Translations under genes and position numbers: made by a program
Shown: positions 44,660 through 53,391 of the stretch, piece after piece
How positions within the stretch are numbered: the stretch's first letter is position 1
Layout: each line of letters starts with the position of its first letter
Notes under the pieces: model-generated
The model's database searches: none
What the model was told of the DNA's origin: nothing
What the model saw: the letters and a program-made list of their open reading frames with translations, nothing else
Source: a virus
Lineage: Duplodnaviria; Caudoviricetes
DNA length: 56,796 nt
Direction: 5' to 3' (one strand)
Virus record (IMG/VR): IMGVR_UViG_3300012940_000029
Span: 1-56,796 of that record

Positions 44660-45250
44660 ATGACCGACCAGCCACCGGAGCTGCCCGGCGAGGACAGCGC
44701 TGAGTACATCGACCCGTACGAGGGGATGGAGATCCACTCCTACGACCCGGGCGAGGTGACTCAGATCCCCCAGGGCACCCCGCTGGGCACCGGGAAGGAC
44801 ACCGAGGGCGAGTCCGGTCCGTTCGACCAGCGCTACAAGGAGGATTTCGAGGGCCTGGCCTTCCTGGGTGCGCTGGAGGCCCACTTCTCCTACATCGGGC
44901 ACAAGTTCGTCATCCGCACGCTGACCGTCAATGAGCTGCTGGCCGTGAGCCAGATCATGAAGGAGCACGTCGGTACGGTCGGCGAGATGCGGGCGCACGC
45001 CACCGCGATGGTGGCGCTCAGCGTGCAGTCGGTGGACGGCATCGGCCTGCCCGTCCCCTTCGAGGAGGGCGGCAGCGACTACGCCTGGGCGCAGCAGCGC
45101 TTCGACTACGTCAAGGCCCGGTGGTTCCCCTTCACCGTGGACTACGTGTACGAGCGCTACCTGCTGCTGGAGTCGCGGGTCAACCAGGTCCTGGCGGAGA
45201 TGGCGGACCAGATAAAAAAATCCCCAAGCCAGGACTCGACCCCTGGCTAG
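44660..45250 (+). CDS. Tail assembly chaperone
   Basis: Between tube and tape measure; ends just after the slippery site. Confidence 0.75.
   Translation: MTDQPPELPGEDSAEYIDPYEGMEIHSYDPGEVTQIPQGTPLGTGKDTEGESGPFDQRYKEDFEGLAFLGALEAHFSYIGHKFVIRTLTVNELLAVSQIMKEHVGTVGEMRAHATAMVALSVQSVDGIGLPVPFEEGGSDYAWAQQRFDYVKARWFPFTVDYVYERYLLLESRVNQVLAEMADQIKKSPSQDSTPG
45214..45220 (+). other. Programmed -1 frameshift site A AAA AAA
   Basis: In-frame ATA AAA AAA (rare codons here); the -1 frame stays open to 45678. Confidence 0.85.
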
Positions 45251-45678
45251 AGCGCAGACTCCGGCTGGCCGAACGCCGGGGCCTGCTGACCGCCCGGCGG
45301 ATCTCGGAGGTGCAGCAGCTTGGCCTGGAGATCCTGATGCTCCTGGACGAGGTCGCCCAGGAGCAGGAGCAGGCCGAGCGGATGCGGCTGGCGCTGCTGA
45401 CCGCCAACCCCGCGCTGGCGCGCGGGCTGTACCCGGAATACTTCGAGCCCGAGGAGATCCAGGACGACGGCACGGTGGACCTGCACCAGGAGGACGTCAG
45501 CTACGACTTCCGCGAGGTGCGCTGGGAGTCGCCCAGCGAGATGCCCGACGAGGAGTTCGAGGCGATCAAGCAGATGCTCGGCTCCAAGGGGATCACGGTC
45601 GGGACTCCCGTAGGACCGCAGGAAGGGTTGGAGGACGCACCCGGGCTGATGGAGCCCGACGAGCCGGAGTGGACGTGA
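45220..45678 (+). CDS. Frameshifted extension of the tail assembly chaperone
   Basis: GC3-rich -1 frame without its own RBS or start near the slippery site. Confidence 0.75.
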   Translation: MPKPGLDPWLERRLRLAERRGLLTARRISEVQQLGLEILMLLDEVAQEQEQAERMRLALLTANPALARGLYPEYFEPEEIQDDGTVDLHQEDVSYDFREVRWESPSEMPDEEFEAIKQMLGSKGITVGTPVGPQEGLEDAPGLMEPDEPEWT

Positions 45679-45682
45679 GTCG

Positions 45683-47881
45683 ATGGCACAGCCCGCCAGC
45701 AGGGGGATGTCTGAGAGCTTTGACGTGCTGGTCCGCTCGGTGGACGCCCTCAACGCCTCCATGCGGATGCTGTCGCAGGACCTCCAGCGCGCCTTCAACG
45801 CGCAGCAGACCTTCACTCCCGGGGGCACCCAGCAGAACCGGCCGACCCCGCCGCCGGGGCAGCCCTCGGGGCAGCCGCCCAGCCAGCCGCGCCAGGTCAA
45901 CCCGCAGGCGGGGCAGACCAACCGGTTCTCGCTGGCCCGCAGCGCGCAGTCGGTCTGGCAGACGTTCACCGCCGGGCAGACCCAGAGCCAACCGCAGCAG
46001 CCGGGGCAGCCCGCCCCTGTGCCGCCCCCAGCTCAACCAGGAGGGCCTGCGGGCCCGATGGGGCCCCACGGCCCCTGGGGCGGCGGTCCGGGCGGTCCTG
46101 GGGGACCTCACGGCCCCGGAGGACCCGCGCACGGCGGGGGGATGCCGTGGTGGGGCGGCGGCCACTACTACGGCCACCAGGGAGGCCAGGGCGGCGGCTG
46201 GACGAACATGGCGATCTCGCAGGCCCGCCGGGTGCCCTACGTCGGGGCCGCCATCACCGGTGCCGCCTCGGTCAGCAACCTCTACCTGTCCGAGCGCGAG
46301 AAGAACCGCTTCTACCAGGGCATGGAGGGCGGCTCCAACGTCGCGGGCTTCGCCGAGCGTGCCCACGAGGAGATCTACCGCTGGTCGCTGGGCCCGGCCA
46401 TGTCCGGCGACATGGCCCGGCGGTCCTTCAAGGGCGTCACGTCGATGGGCTACACCGGCAAGTCGCAGACGCTCCAGGGTCGCCAGGAGGCGCTGGACTT
46501 CGTCTACCACAACTACAACGCGCGGGGCATGGACGTCGAGGAGAGCCTCAGCATGCTCCAGACCGCCAGCCACGACGCCACCGTCAACTTCACCGAGCTG
46601 TCCGAGGCGCTGAGGGAGGTCTCCGACACCGCCGGGAAGGCGGGCGTTAACGCCAAGTTCATGCGGCAGCAGTACCAAGGCATGCTCCAGGCGTCCATCG
46701 GCCAGGGGGCGGGCCCGGGGGCGGCGGAGATCGCCGGGGCGCTGACCTCCGCGCAGGCGTCCTACGGCCGCGAGTTCCAGGGGCAGGACTTTCGGGGGCA
46801 GCTCTCCCGGCAGTACCAGTACATGCTGGGCGCGCAGTACGGCATCTCGCCCGGCCAGCTCCAGGGCATCATGCGCAACCAGCCGCAGCAGTACACCCGG
46901 ATGGTGGCGGGCTCGCAGCGCGAGTGGATCAACACCGTCTTCAGCCCGCAGCAGATCGCCACCATCCAGGCGCTGATCAAGAAGTACGGCTCCTCCCAGT
47001 CGGCGGTCAGCCAGATCGAGCAGGAGTTCCTCAACGCCCACCCCGAGATCGACCTGCACGTCATCGCCGACACCCTGTCCGGCGATCTGACCGGCGTGCA
47101 GCTCGACGAGTCCAACGTGATCGACTGGGTCATCCAGCAGCTCGCGGGCAACACCGCCGCCGCGCACGGGCAGCAGCAGCGCACCCGCAAGCCGGTGGAC
47201 ATCCAGGGCAGCCCCGAGCTGGGCCGGGTCAAGCCCGGCCAGGACGCGCCCCGGGGCAAGTACGGGCTCGTCGACCCCGAGACGATGATCAAGTCCGGGA
47301 CCACGTCGCCGGGCGAATTCCTCAGTCACGTCAACGCGGGCAAGGAGTTCCTCGGGCTGTTCGGCCAGGAGGAGAACAAGGCGGGCGAGGCGTACGCCAA
47401 GTGGATGGAGAAGACCAAGAAGCGTGACCCGGTGCTGGAGGCCATTCTCCAGAACGTCAAGGACCCCAACTCCACCAAGGTCCGCGTCTCCACCGCCTCG
47501 GGCGACCGCATCGTCTCCTTCGAGGAGGCGATGAAGTACTTCCCCAACGAACTGGCGGCCGGGAAGGTGCAGATCGTCACCGGCGACCAGGCGGGCAAGA
47601 CCATGTCCCAGGTCATCGGGGGCAACGCCGACCCCGAGCGCGACGTGCGGGGCGAACTGACCGGCAAGACCCAGCAGCGGCTCGGGCAGAGCGTCGAGGA
47701 GTACGAGAAGAAGCACGGCAGGCTCAAGGGCAGCGAGAGCCCGGCGGCCGGGAAGGTCACCGTGGACCTCACCGAGGAGGCCAAGCGGCTGCTCCAGCTC
47801 CTGCCCTCCACCAACAACCAGGCCAACTCGACCGGCTATCCCGCGTTCAATCCCCACGCGCAGCAGGGATCGAGGCCGTAA
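45683..47881 (+). CDS. Tape measure protein (putative)
   Basis: Follows the chaperones; Ala/Gly/Gln-rich helical; low-complexity P/Q/G N-terminus. Confidence 0.7.
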   Translation: MAQPASRGMSESFDVLVRSVDALNASMRMLSQDLQRAFNAQQTFTPGGTQQNRPTPPPGQPSGQPPSQPRQVNPQAGQTNRFSLARSAQSVWQTFTAGQTQSQPQQPGQPAPVPPPAQPGGPAGPMGPHGPWGGGPGGPGGPHGPGGPAHGGGMPWWGGGHYYGHQGGQGGGWTNMAISQARRVPYVGAAITGAASVSNLYLSEREKNRFYQGMEGGSNVAGFAERAHEEIYRWSLGPAMSGDMARRSFKGVTSMGYTGKSQTLQGRQEALDFVYHNYNARGMDVEESLSMLQTASHDATVNFTELSEALREVSDTAGKAGVNAKFMRQQYQGMLQASIGQGAGPGAAEIAGALTSAQASYGREFQGQDFRGQLSRQYQYMLGAQYGISPGQLQGIMRNQPQQYTRMVAGSQREWINTVFSPQQIATIQALIKKYGSSQSAVSQIEQEFLNAHPEIDLHVIADTLSGDLTGVQLDESNVIDWVIQQLAGNTAAAHGQQQRTRKPVDIQGSPELGRVKPGQDAPRGKYGLVDPETMIKSGTTSPGEFLSHVNAGKEFLGLFGQEENKAGEAYAKWMEKTKKRDPVLEAILQNVKDPNSTKVRVSTASGDRIVSFEEAMKYFPNELAAGKVQIVTGDQAGKTMSQVIGGNADPERDVRGELTGKTQQRLGQSVEEYEKKHGRLKGSESPAAGKVTVDLTEEAKRLLQLLPSTNNQANSTGYPAFNPHAQQGSRP

Positions 47882-48561
47882 TGGGGTTCGCCTCGCTGGG
47901 CTTCGACGACGGCCCCTCGATCACCTTCCGGATCGACCCCAGTGCCATCGAGTGGAAGTACAAGGTGGACACCACCGTGATCGACACGGTGGGCGGCCGG
48001 GTCGTCCAGGTGCTCGGGGCCACGCTGGAGGACATGACGGTGATGGGGTACTACGGCCAGCACCGCCGCGCCGGACCCGACGGCGAGTCCTGGAAGCTGG
48101 CCGAGGCGTTCGCCGACCGCATCCGGCAGATCCAGGAGCACCAGTCCCGCGACGCCACCGAGCACGGCCGGATGCACGTCCCGGCCACCTTCAACTACTC
48201 TCCCAAGGGCTGGCGGTTCCTGGTCTACGTCAAGGCGCTGGCCGACAGCCAGGGCGGCTCGGTGGCGCACCGCATCGGCCGGTTCAGCTACGACTACGCG
48301 CTGACGCTGTTCATCGTGGACGTCATCTCCGACGACCTGCATGTGCTCAGCGGGGCGAAGAAGAATGCGGTGGACGCCTACATCGCCCGCATCTCCGACG
48401 GCATCGGCTGGCACTTCAGCCAGTACAACGGACAGGTCCCGGCCGCGCCCACCGGCGGCCTGTACGGACGCAAGAGGTTCACCGACGAGCAGGGGGCCGG
48501 TCAGCAGGTGCCGACCACGCGCGGCGGTGAGGGCGGCGAGCCGCTCGTCGGCGGGAACTAG
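47881..48561 (+). CDS. Baseplate/tube-initiator protein
   Basis: FRIDPSAIEW..DTVGGRVVQ; position. Confidence 0.6.
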   Translation: MGFASLGFDDGPSITFRIDPSAIEWKYKVDTTVIDTVGGRVVQVLGATLEDMTVMGYYGQHRRAGPDGESWKLAEAFADRIRQIQEHQSRDATEHGRMHVPATFNYSPKGWRFLVYVKALADSQGGSVAHRIGRFSYDYALTLFIVDVISDDLHVLSGAKKNAVDAYIARISDGIGWHFSQYNGQVPAAPTGGLYGRKRFTDEQGAGQQVPTTRGGEGGEPLVGGN

Positions 48562-48570
48562 GAGGACCCC

Positions 48571-48789
48571 ATGGCCAACGCTCAGCCTCCGGTGTGGAGC
48601 AGCGACGTACCGATCTCGATCCCGCAGGCACCCGCAGACCAGGTGCTGATCCCGATGTTCGGGTTCGGCTTCACCCGGTTCGGCCTGGTGCACGACCTGA
48701 CTGAGGTGGAGCAGGAGTACCTGCGCACGCCCAGCTACTCGCCCGAGCGCCCCGGTGACGTCGTCTACGAGGACGGGGACGTGGACTGA
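48571..48789 (+). CDS. Hypothetical protein
   Basis: RBS AGGAGG. Confidence 0.65.
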   Translation: MANAQPPVWSSDVPISIPQAPADQVLIPMFGFGFTRFGLVHDLTEVEQEYLRTPSYSPERPGDVVYEDGDVD

Positions 48790-48790
48790 G

Positions 48791-49471
48791 ATGGCACCAC
48801 GGCAGGGGCTGAACGCCACCCTCAGCTACCAGCGTGGCGGTACCACGGCGGCCTACCGGGTGCGCTGCTCGGGCATCCAGCACGGCACCCAGATGATCGC
48901 CGAGGAGTCCAAGTCGCGGTTGCGCAGGGCCTACTACCCGCACCGGCTCTCCACCCAGCAGTTCATGATCACGGTGGAGCTGAAGGGGTACCCCGAGCAC
49001 CGCAGCCTGTCCACCTGGCTGGCGGGCTACAGCTCCTATGCGCTGGACCCGGACATCAACTCCGGCACCAATTATCCGACGATGTCGGTCAGCGTGCCCA
49101 GCTACGACTTTGTGCACCGGGGCGTGCCGCTGACCGGCTACGAGTGGGGTGACCACGTCGGGTCGATGGTGTGGCAGATCGGGATCATCTTCGAGGCGGC
49201 CTACGAGCCGTGGGCCAAGGCCAAGCCCGCCGTCACCCGGGTGGTGAACGCCTGGCACGCCTTTTCCAAGGATGAGGCGATCAAGTACTTCTACCCGTTC
49301 GGCACCCAGCTCTCCGGTGAGCAGGCCCCCTCGGGCGGGTACGACAAGCCGATCTACCCCGGCGACTTCGAGCCCGCGCCCTCTCCGTCCCCGCCGCCCC
49401 CGGGCCACCCGGCGGGACCCCCGGCCATCGGTCCGCCCCCGGGTCACCCGGCTGGGCCGCCAGCGAACTGA
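48791..49471 (+). CDS. Baseplate-region protein with PPPGHPAGPPA repeat
   Basis: ATG 48791; GC3-rich. Confidence 0.65.
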   Translation: MAPRQGLNATLSYQRGGTTAAYRVRCSGIQHGTQMIAEESKSRLRRAYYPHRLSTQQFMITVELKGYPEHRSLSTWLAGYSSYALDPDINSGTNYPTMSVSVPSYDFVHRGVPLTGYEWGDHVGSMVWQIGIIFEAAYEPWAKAKPAVTRVVNAWHAFSKDEAIKYFYPFGTQLSGEQAPSGGYDKPIYPGDFEPAPSPSPPPPGHPAGPPAIGPPPGHPAGPPAN

Positions 49472-49541
49472 GGTGCACTGATGAGCACGCTTATGGCGCA
49501 ATACACCCGGTGCGTTAGCTGCTCTGAGATGGGATGATTCC

Positions 49542-52145
49542 GTGGGTACATTGCTATACAGCCCCGCCGTCAAGGTCTATATCTCGACCGAAAAGCACGG
49601 CACCATCGAGGTCTCCGACGACCTGGTGGACGGCACCATGGTGCGCCGGTCCGACGGAGTGAGTTCTTTTAATTTCACCCTCCAGAATGCCCGGCGCAAG
49701 TACGACGGCATTTTCGCGCCCAATGACCGCATCGTGGTGATGATGCGGCGGATCACCTGGATGCGGGTGTTCACCGGCTACCTGAACTCGGTGCCGCTGC
49801 TGACCGCCTGGCCCCGGGTCGTTCCGCTGGCGGCCTCCTGCTCGCTCAAGCGGCTCCAGTACTGGTACTGGGACTCGGGCCTGCCCGCCACCCAGACGAT
49901 GATCGCCAAGGCGCTCCAGGTGGCGCGCGACGACGACAACCGCGACGGCGGCATCGCCAACGCCATCCTGACGATCATGAAGGAGGTGGTCGGCTGGCCG
50001 CCGGAGAAGGTGCACATCGCCGGGATCCCCGAGGACTGGTTCGATTTCGCCTACAAGATCGCCCAGGACATCGACGCGCGAGCCGAAGAGGCCGACGAGA
50101 TCGCCCAGCAGTTCTACAGCGCGCTCCAGGGGCAGGGGATGATCGCCGGAGGCGGAGACGTCGCCGAGGGCGGGGACACCGTCTGGGCGGGCTCGCTGAA
50201 GCCGGGCACGTACGGCGGCACCAGCCTCAACGCCACCATGTGCAAGTACGCCGAGAAGATCTACAACAATGGCAAGCACATGAAGGCCACCAACCGCGAC
50301 ATCGTCATCGGGATCATGACGGCGATGCAGGAGTCCACGCTGGGGGCCAACAAGACGGCGATGACCACCCCCAACCGGTACGGCTGCATCGGGCTGTTCC
50401 AGCAGACGATTAAGGGGTTCCGGCCCGGCTGGGGGCCCAACGAGGGCTGGGGCACCAAGGCGCAGCTCCTGGACGCCGACTTCCAGTGCAAGAACTTCTT
50501 CAGCCGCCTGCTGAAGATCAAGAACCGCACCAAGATGTCGCTCGCGCAGGCGGCCGAGAGGGTGCAGGTCTCCGGCGAGGGCTGGCGTTTCGCCAAGCAC
50601 GAGCCCATGGCCAGGGCTGTGGTGACCGCCCTCAACAACGCCTCCAGGCGCAAGACCGGCGGCGGCGGTGCGCCCTCCCAGGGCAACGACCCCAACTGGC
50701 AGGGCGGCACCGGCTCGTGGGGCTCGGGCCGGGCCACCGGGCAGAAGCTCGTGGACGTCGCGGTCAAGCTGGTCACCGACAACCCCAACATCCGCTACCA
50801 GCTCGGCGGCGACGACCCGCCCCACACCCCGGCGCACAAGGTCCGCAAGCTGGACTGCTCCAGCTTCATCCAGTGGGTGGTGTACCACACCCTGGGCAGC
50901 CTGAAGGGGCTGCCGCGCGTTACCTGGGACCAGATCGCCTACCTCAAGCGGCACGGGAGGAAGATCTCGGCCATTCAGGGGGCGAAGACCGCCGGGGCGA
51001 TCATGTTCACCTCCAGCGGCGGGCACGTCGAGATGAGCGTGGGCGACGGCAAGCACATGGTGGGCGCGCACAACAAGGCGGACGGCGTCAACGTCAAGAA
51101 GTGGGGCAGCGCGCAGGCCATCGCCGGGTACTTCACCCAGGCGTACCTGCTGCCCAACATCGAGTATTCGATCGGCTCGGGCGGCACCTACAACCCCGAC
51201 GAGCCCGGGGCCGGAGGGGAGATGGGCGGGGCCCCGCAGATCCCCATCGAGCGGGCCCAGGACCAGCCCTGGTACAACCCCAACGACCCCTACGACAAGC
51301 TGTTCGGCAACAATCCGTGGACGCCGATCATGAACTCGCAGGAGGCGCTGTACTCCTCCACGTTCACCGGCATCCGGGCGCTGCTGAACGACCAGCCGCT
51401 GCTGCCGTATCTGAAGAATCTGTTCAACGCCACCATGCGGAGTTTCTCCTCGGCCCCCAATGGCGATCTGATCGGCTGGTTTCCTGACTATTACGGAATC
51501 TGGGGAACGGCCGCCAAAATGGTCGTCGAGCCGATCGAGATCCGCGACTTCAACGTGGAGTGGTCGGACGACTTCTTCGTCACCCACCAGTACACCACGG
51601 CGGCGGCGGCCACCAACCAGATCGACTTGGCGTCGGGGATGACCACCCCCGCCGACATCCTGAACGCCGCACTGACGGTCGGCATCGCCACCATCGACGT
51701 GCCCTCGATCATGTACGCGCTGTTCGGCCTGGAGGCCACCAAGGACGACGCGCAGAGTTTCATCAGCTACATCTACAAGCGGTTCGGGGCCCGGCCCGAC
51801 TTCCAGCAGCTCCCCGGGGTGGTCGGCACCAAGGGGCAGTTCTTCAGCGCGCTGTTCCTGTTCATGCGGCAGTGGGCCTACCAGTACAACGCCGACATTC
51901 CGCTGACGTTCATGCCGGAATTGTGGCCGGGCATGCTCATTCAGATCCCCGCCTTCGATTTCCAGGCGTACGTCACCACGGTGACGCACAGCTTCAGCTT
52001 CGGCGAGAACGGCGGATTCTCCACGGCGGTGAACATCGCGGCCCCGGCGCGGCTGCCCAAGAGCCTGAACGACCGCAGCCACGCGCTCATCGGCCTGCCG
52101 GTGGCGGGCGGCCTCCAGCCGGTGCCCGGCAAGAGGGGAGAGTAG
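49542..52145 (+). CDS. Baseplate hub with inserted lysozyme-like and NlpC/P60 domains
   Basis: TAMQES..GLFQQ; LDCSSF..GHV; ELWPGMLI..YVTTVTHSF hub C-terminus. Confidence 0.85.
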   Translation: MGTLLYSPAVKVYISTEKHGTIEVSDDLVDGTMVRRSDGVSSFNFTLQNARRKYDGIFAPNDRIVVMMRRITWMRVFTGYLNSVPLLTAWPRVVPLAASCSLKRLQYWYWDSGLPATQTMIAKALQVARDDDNRDGGIANAILTIMKEVVGWPPEKVHIAGIPEDWFDFAYKIAQDIDARAEEADEIAQQFYSALQGQGMIAGGGDVAEGGDTVWAGSLKPGTYGGTSLNATMCKYAEKIYNNGKHMKATNRDIVIGIMTAMQESTLGANKTAMTTPNRYGCIGLFQQTIKGFRPGWGPNEGWGTKAQLLDADFQCKNFFSRLLKIKNRTKMSLAQAAERVQVSGEGWRFAKHEPMARAVVTALNNASRRKTGGGGAPSQGNDPNWQGGTGSWGSGRATGQKLVDVAVKLVTDNPNIRYQLGGDDPPHTPAHKVRKLDCSSFIQWVVYHTLGSLKGLPRVTWDQIAYLKRHGRKISAIQGAKTAGAIMFTSSGGHVEMSVGDGKHMVGAHNKADGVNVKKWGSAQAIAGYFTQAYLLPNIEYSIGSGGTYNPDEPGAGGEMGGAPQIPIERAQDQPWYNPNDPYDKLFGNNPWTPIMNSQEALYSSTFTGIRALLNDQPLLPYLKNLFNATMRSFSSAPNGDLIGWFPDYYGIWGTAAKMVVEPIEIRDFNVEWSDDFFVTHQYTTAAAATNQIDLASGMTTPADILNAALTVGIATIDVPSIMYALFGLEATKDDAQSFISYIYKRFGARPDFQQLPGVVGTKGQFFSALFLFMRQWAYQYNADIPLTFMPELWPGMLIQIPAFDFQAYVTTVTHSFSFGENGGFSTAVNIAAPARLPKSLNDRSHALIGLPVAGGLQPVPGKRGE

Positions 52146-52147
52146 CC

Positions 52148-52876
52148 ATGCCTCCTGCCGCTCAGCCGGTCAACGGCGCGACCAACGCGCTCGGCATGAT
52201 GTACCGCCGGGTGCGCGTCGAGCAGGTCGTGCCCGAGCGCGGCGTGGCCATCGTGATCGACGCGCAGGGCTTCACCACCGAGATCCCCTACCGCGTCCAG
52301 GCCGGGCGGGGGCGGCTGCCCGGCGTCGGCGAGTACTGGTACGTGGATCGCTCGATGGGCCCCTGGATCTTCTCGGCCCACATCGCCACCGACGACGACG
52401 ATCTCAACCGCATCACGGGCAACGTGACGATCGAGGGCAGCACGCACGCGGTGGGGCCGCTGCACTCGGTCGCCGGGATCTCCACCGACGGGCCGATCAC
52501 GGCCAAGGGCGGCATCACCATGCCGCAGGGGAAATACATCATCCGGGGCGCGGCGGTGGCGGTCGCCTTCCAGAACGGCTGGGGAAACTTCGGCAACGGA
52601 TACCAGGACGTCCGCTTCATCGAGTACGCCGACGGCACCGCCGGGCTCATCGGGGTGGCCGACGGCGGCACCATCGACGCCGGGACCGTGCTGTTCAATC
52701 TGCCCGCCCAGGTGCGGCCCGACGCGCACCACACCTTCCTGTGCCCGTCGGCCGGGGGTACCACGGTGCAGATCAGGGTCGCCAGCAACGGGAACGTCTC
52801 CACCCAGAATCCCGACCCGGGGGCCACCTGGATCGCCCTGTCGGGCTGCCGGTGGCCGATCGGGGAGGCTTACTAG
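52148..52876 (+). CDS. Baseplate spike (gpV-like) with C-terminal fibre-type domain
   Basis: OB-like N-terminus LPGVGEYW; beta-helix-like middle; LPAQVRP. Confidence 0.6.
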   Translation: MPPAAQPVNGATNALGMMYRRVRVEQVVPERGVAIVIDAQGFTTEIPYRVQAGRGRLPGVGEYWYVDRSMGPWIFSAHIATDDDDLNRITGNVTIEGSTHAVGPLHSVAGISTDGPITAKGGITMPQGKYIIRGAAVAVAFQNGWGNFGNGYQDVRFIEYADGTAGLIGVADGGTIDAGTVLFNLPAQVRPDAHHTFLCPSAGGTTVQIRVASNGNVSTQNPDPGATWIALSGCRWPIGEAY

Positions 52877-52931
52877 CGCTGGCGTCGCACTGCCCGCCTC
52901 CCGCCTGGGCCTCCGAAGGGGTGGACGGGAG

Positions 52932-53369
52932 GTGGCCGTGAAAACGCTCATGCTTCAGGGCGGGGACCTGGTGGTGGGTCCGCAGGGGCATCGTACGATC
53001 ACCGGCAGCTCGAAGATCAGGCAGGACCTGGCGCTGGCGCTCGGAGAGGAGTACGGGACCGACCGCTTCCACCCGAACTGGGGCTCGGTGCTGCCGTCCT
53101 ACGCGGGGCGGCCGATCACCGCCGACACCGAGCTGCTGGTGCGCTCGGAGACGGCCCGGGTGGTGCAGGTCTACATCGACATCCAGCGCGCCGAGATCGT
53201 CAACGACACGCTGGCTGGCAGGCGCTCGCGCTACACCACGGCCGACGTGGTGTCCCGGCTGGACGACATCGACACCCAGATCGCCTTCGACTCCATCCGG
53301 GTGAAGCTCAAGCTGACCACCCAGAGCATGGAGCTGCTGACGATCGCCCGGACGGTGACCACCGTATGA
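52932..53369 (+). CDS. gp25-like baseplate wedge protein
   Basis: IRQDL..GTDRFHPNWGSVL signature. Confidence 0.85.
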   Translation: MAVKTLMLQGGDLVVGPQGHRTITGSSKIRQDLALALGEEYGTDRFHPNWGSVLPSYAGRPITADTELLVRSETARVVQVYIDIQRAEIVNDTLAGRRSRYTTADVVSRLDDIDTQIAFDSIRVKLKLTTQSMELLTIARTVTTV

Positions 53370-53391
53370 CCGAGACGACGAGGGAGGGCTG

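Noticed and set aside
45830-46200. P/Q/G low-complexity region in the tape measure
   Set aside because: Compositional bias without a discrete repeat unit; not enough to call a separate element
49478-49525. CTGATGAG hammerhead-like core
   Set aside because: No GAAA after the putative stem II and no convincing stems I and III
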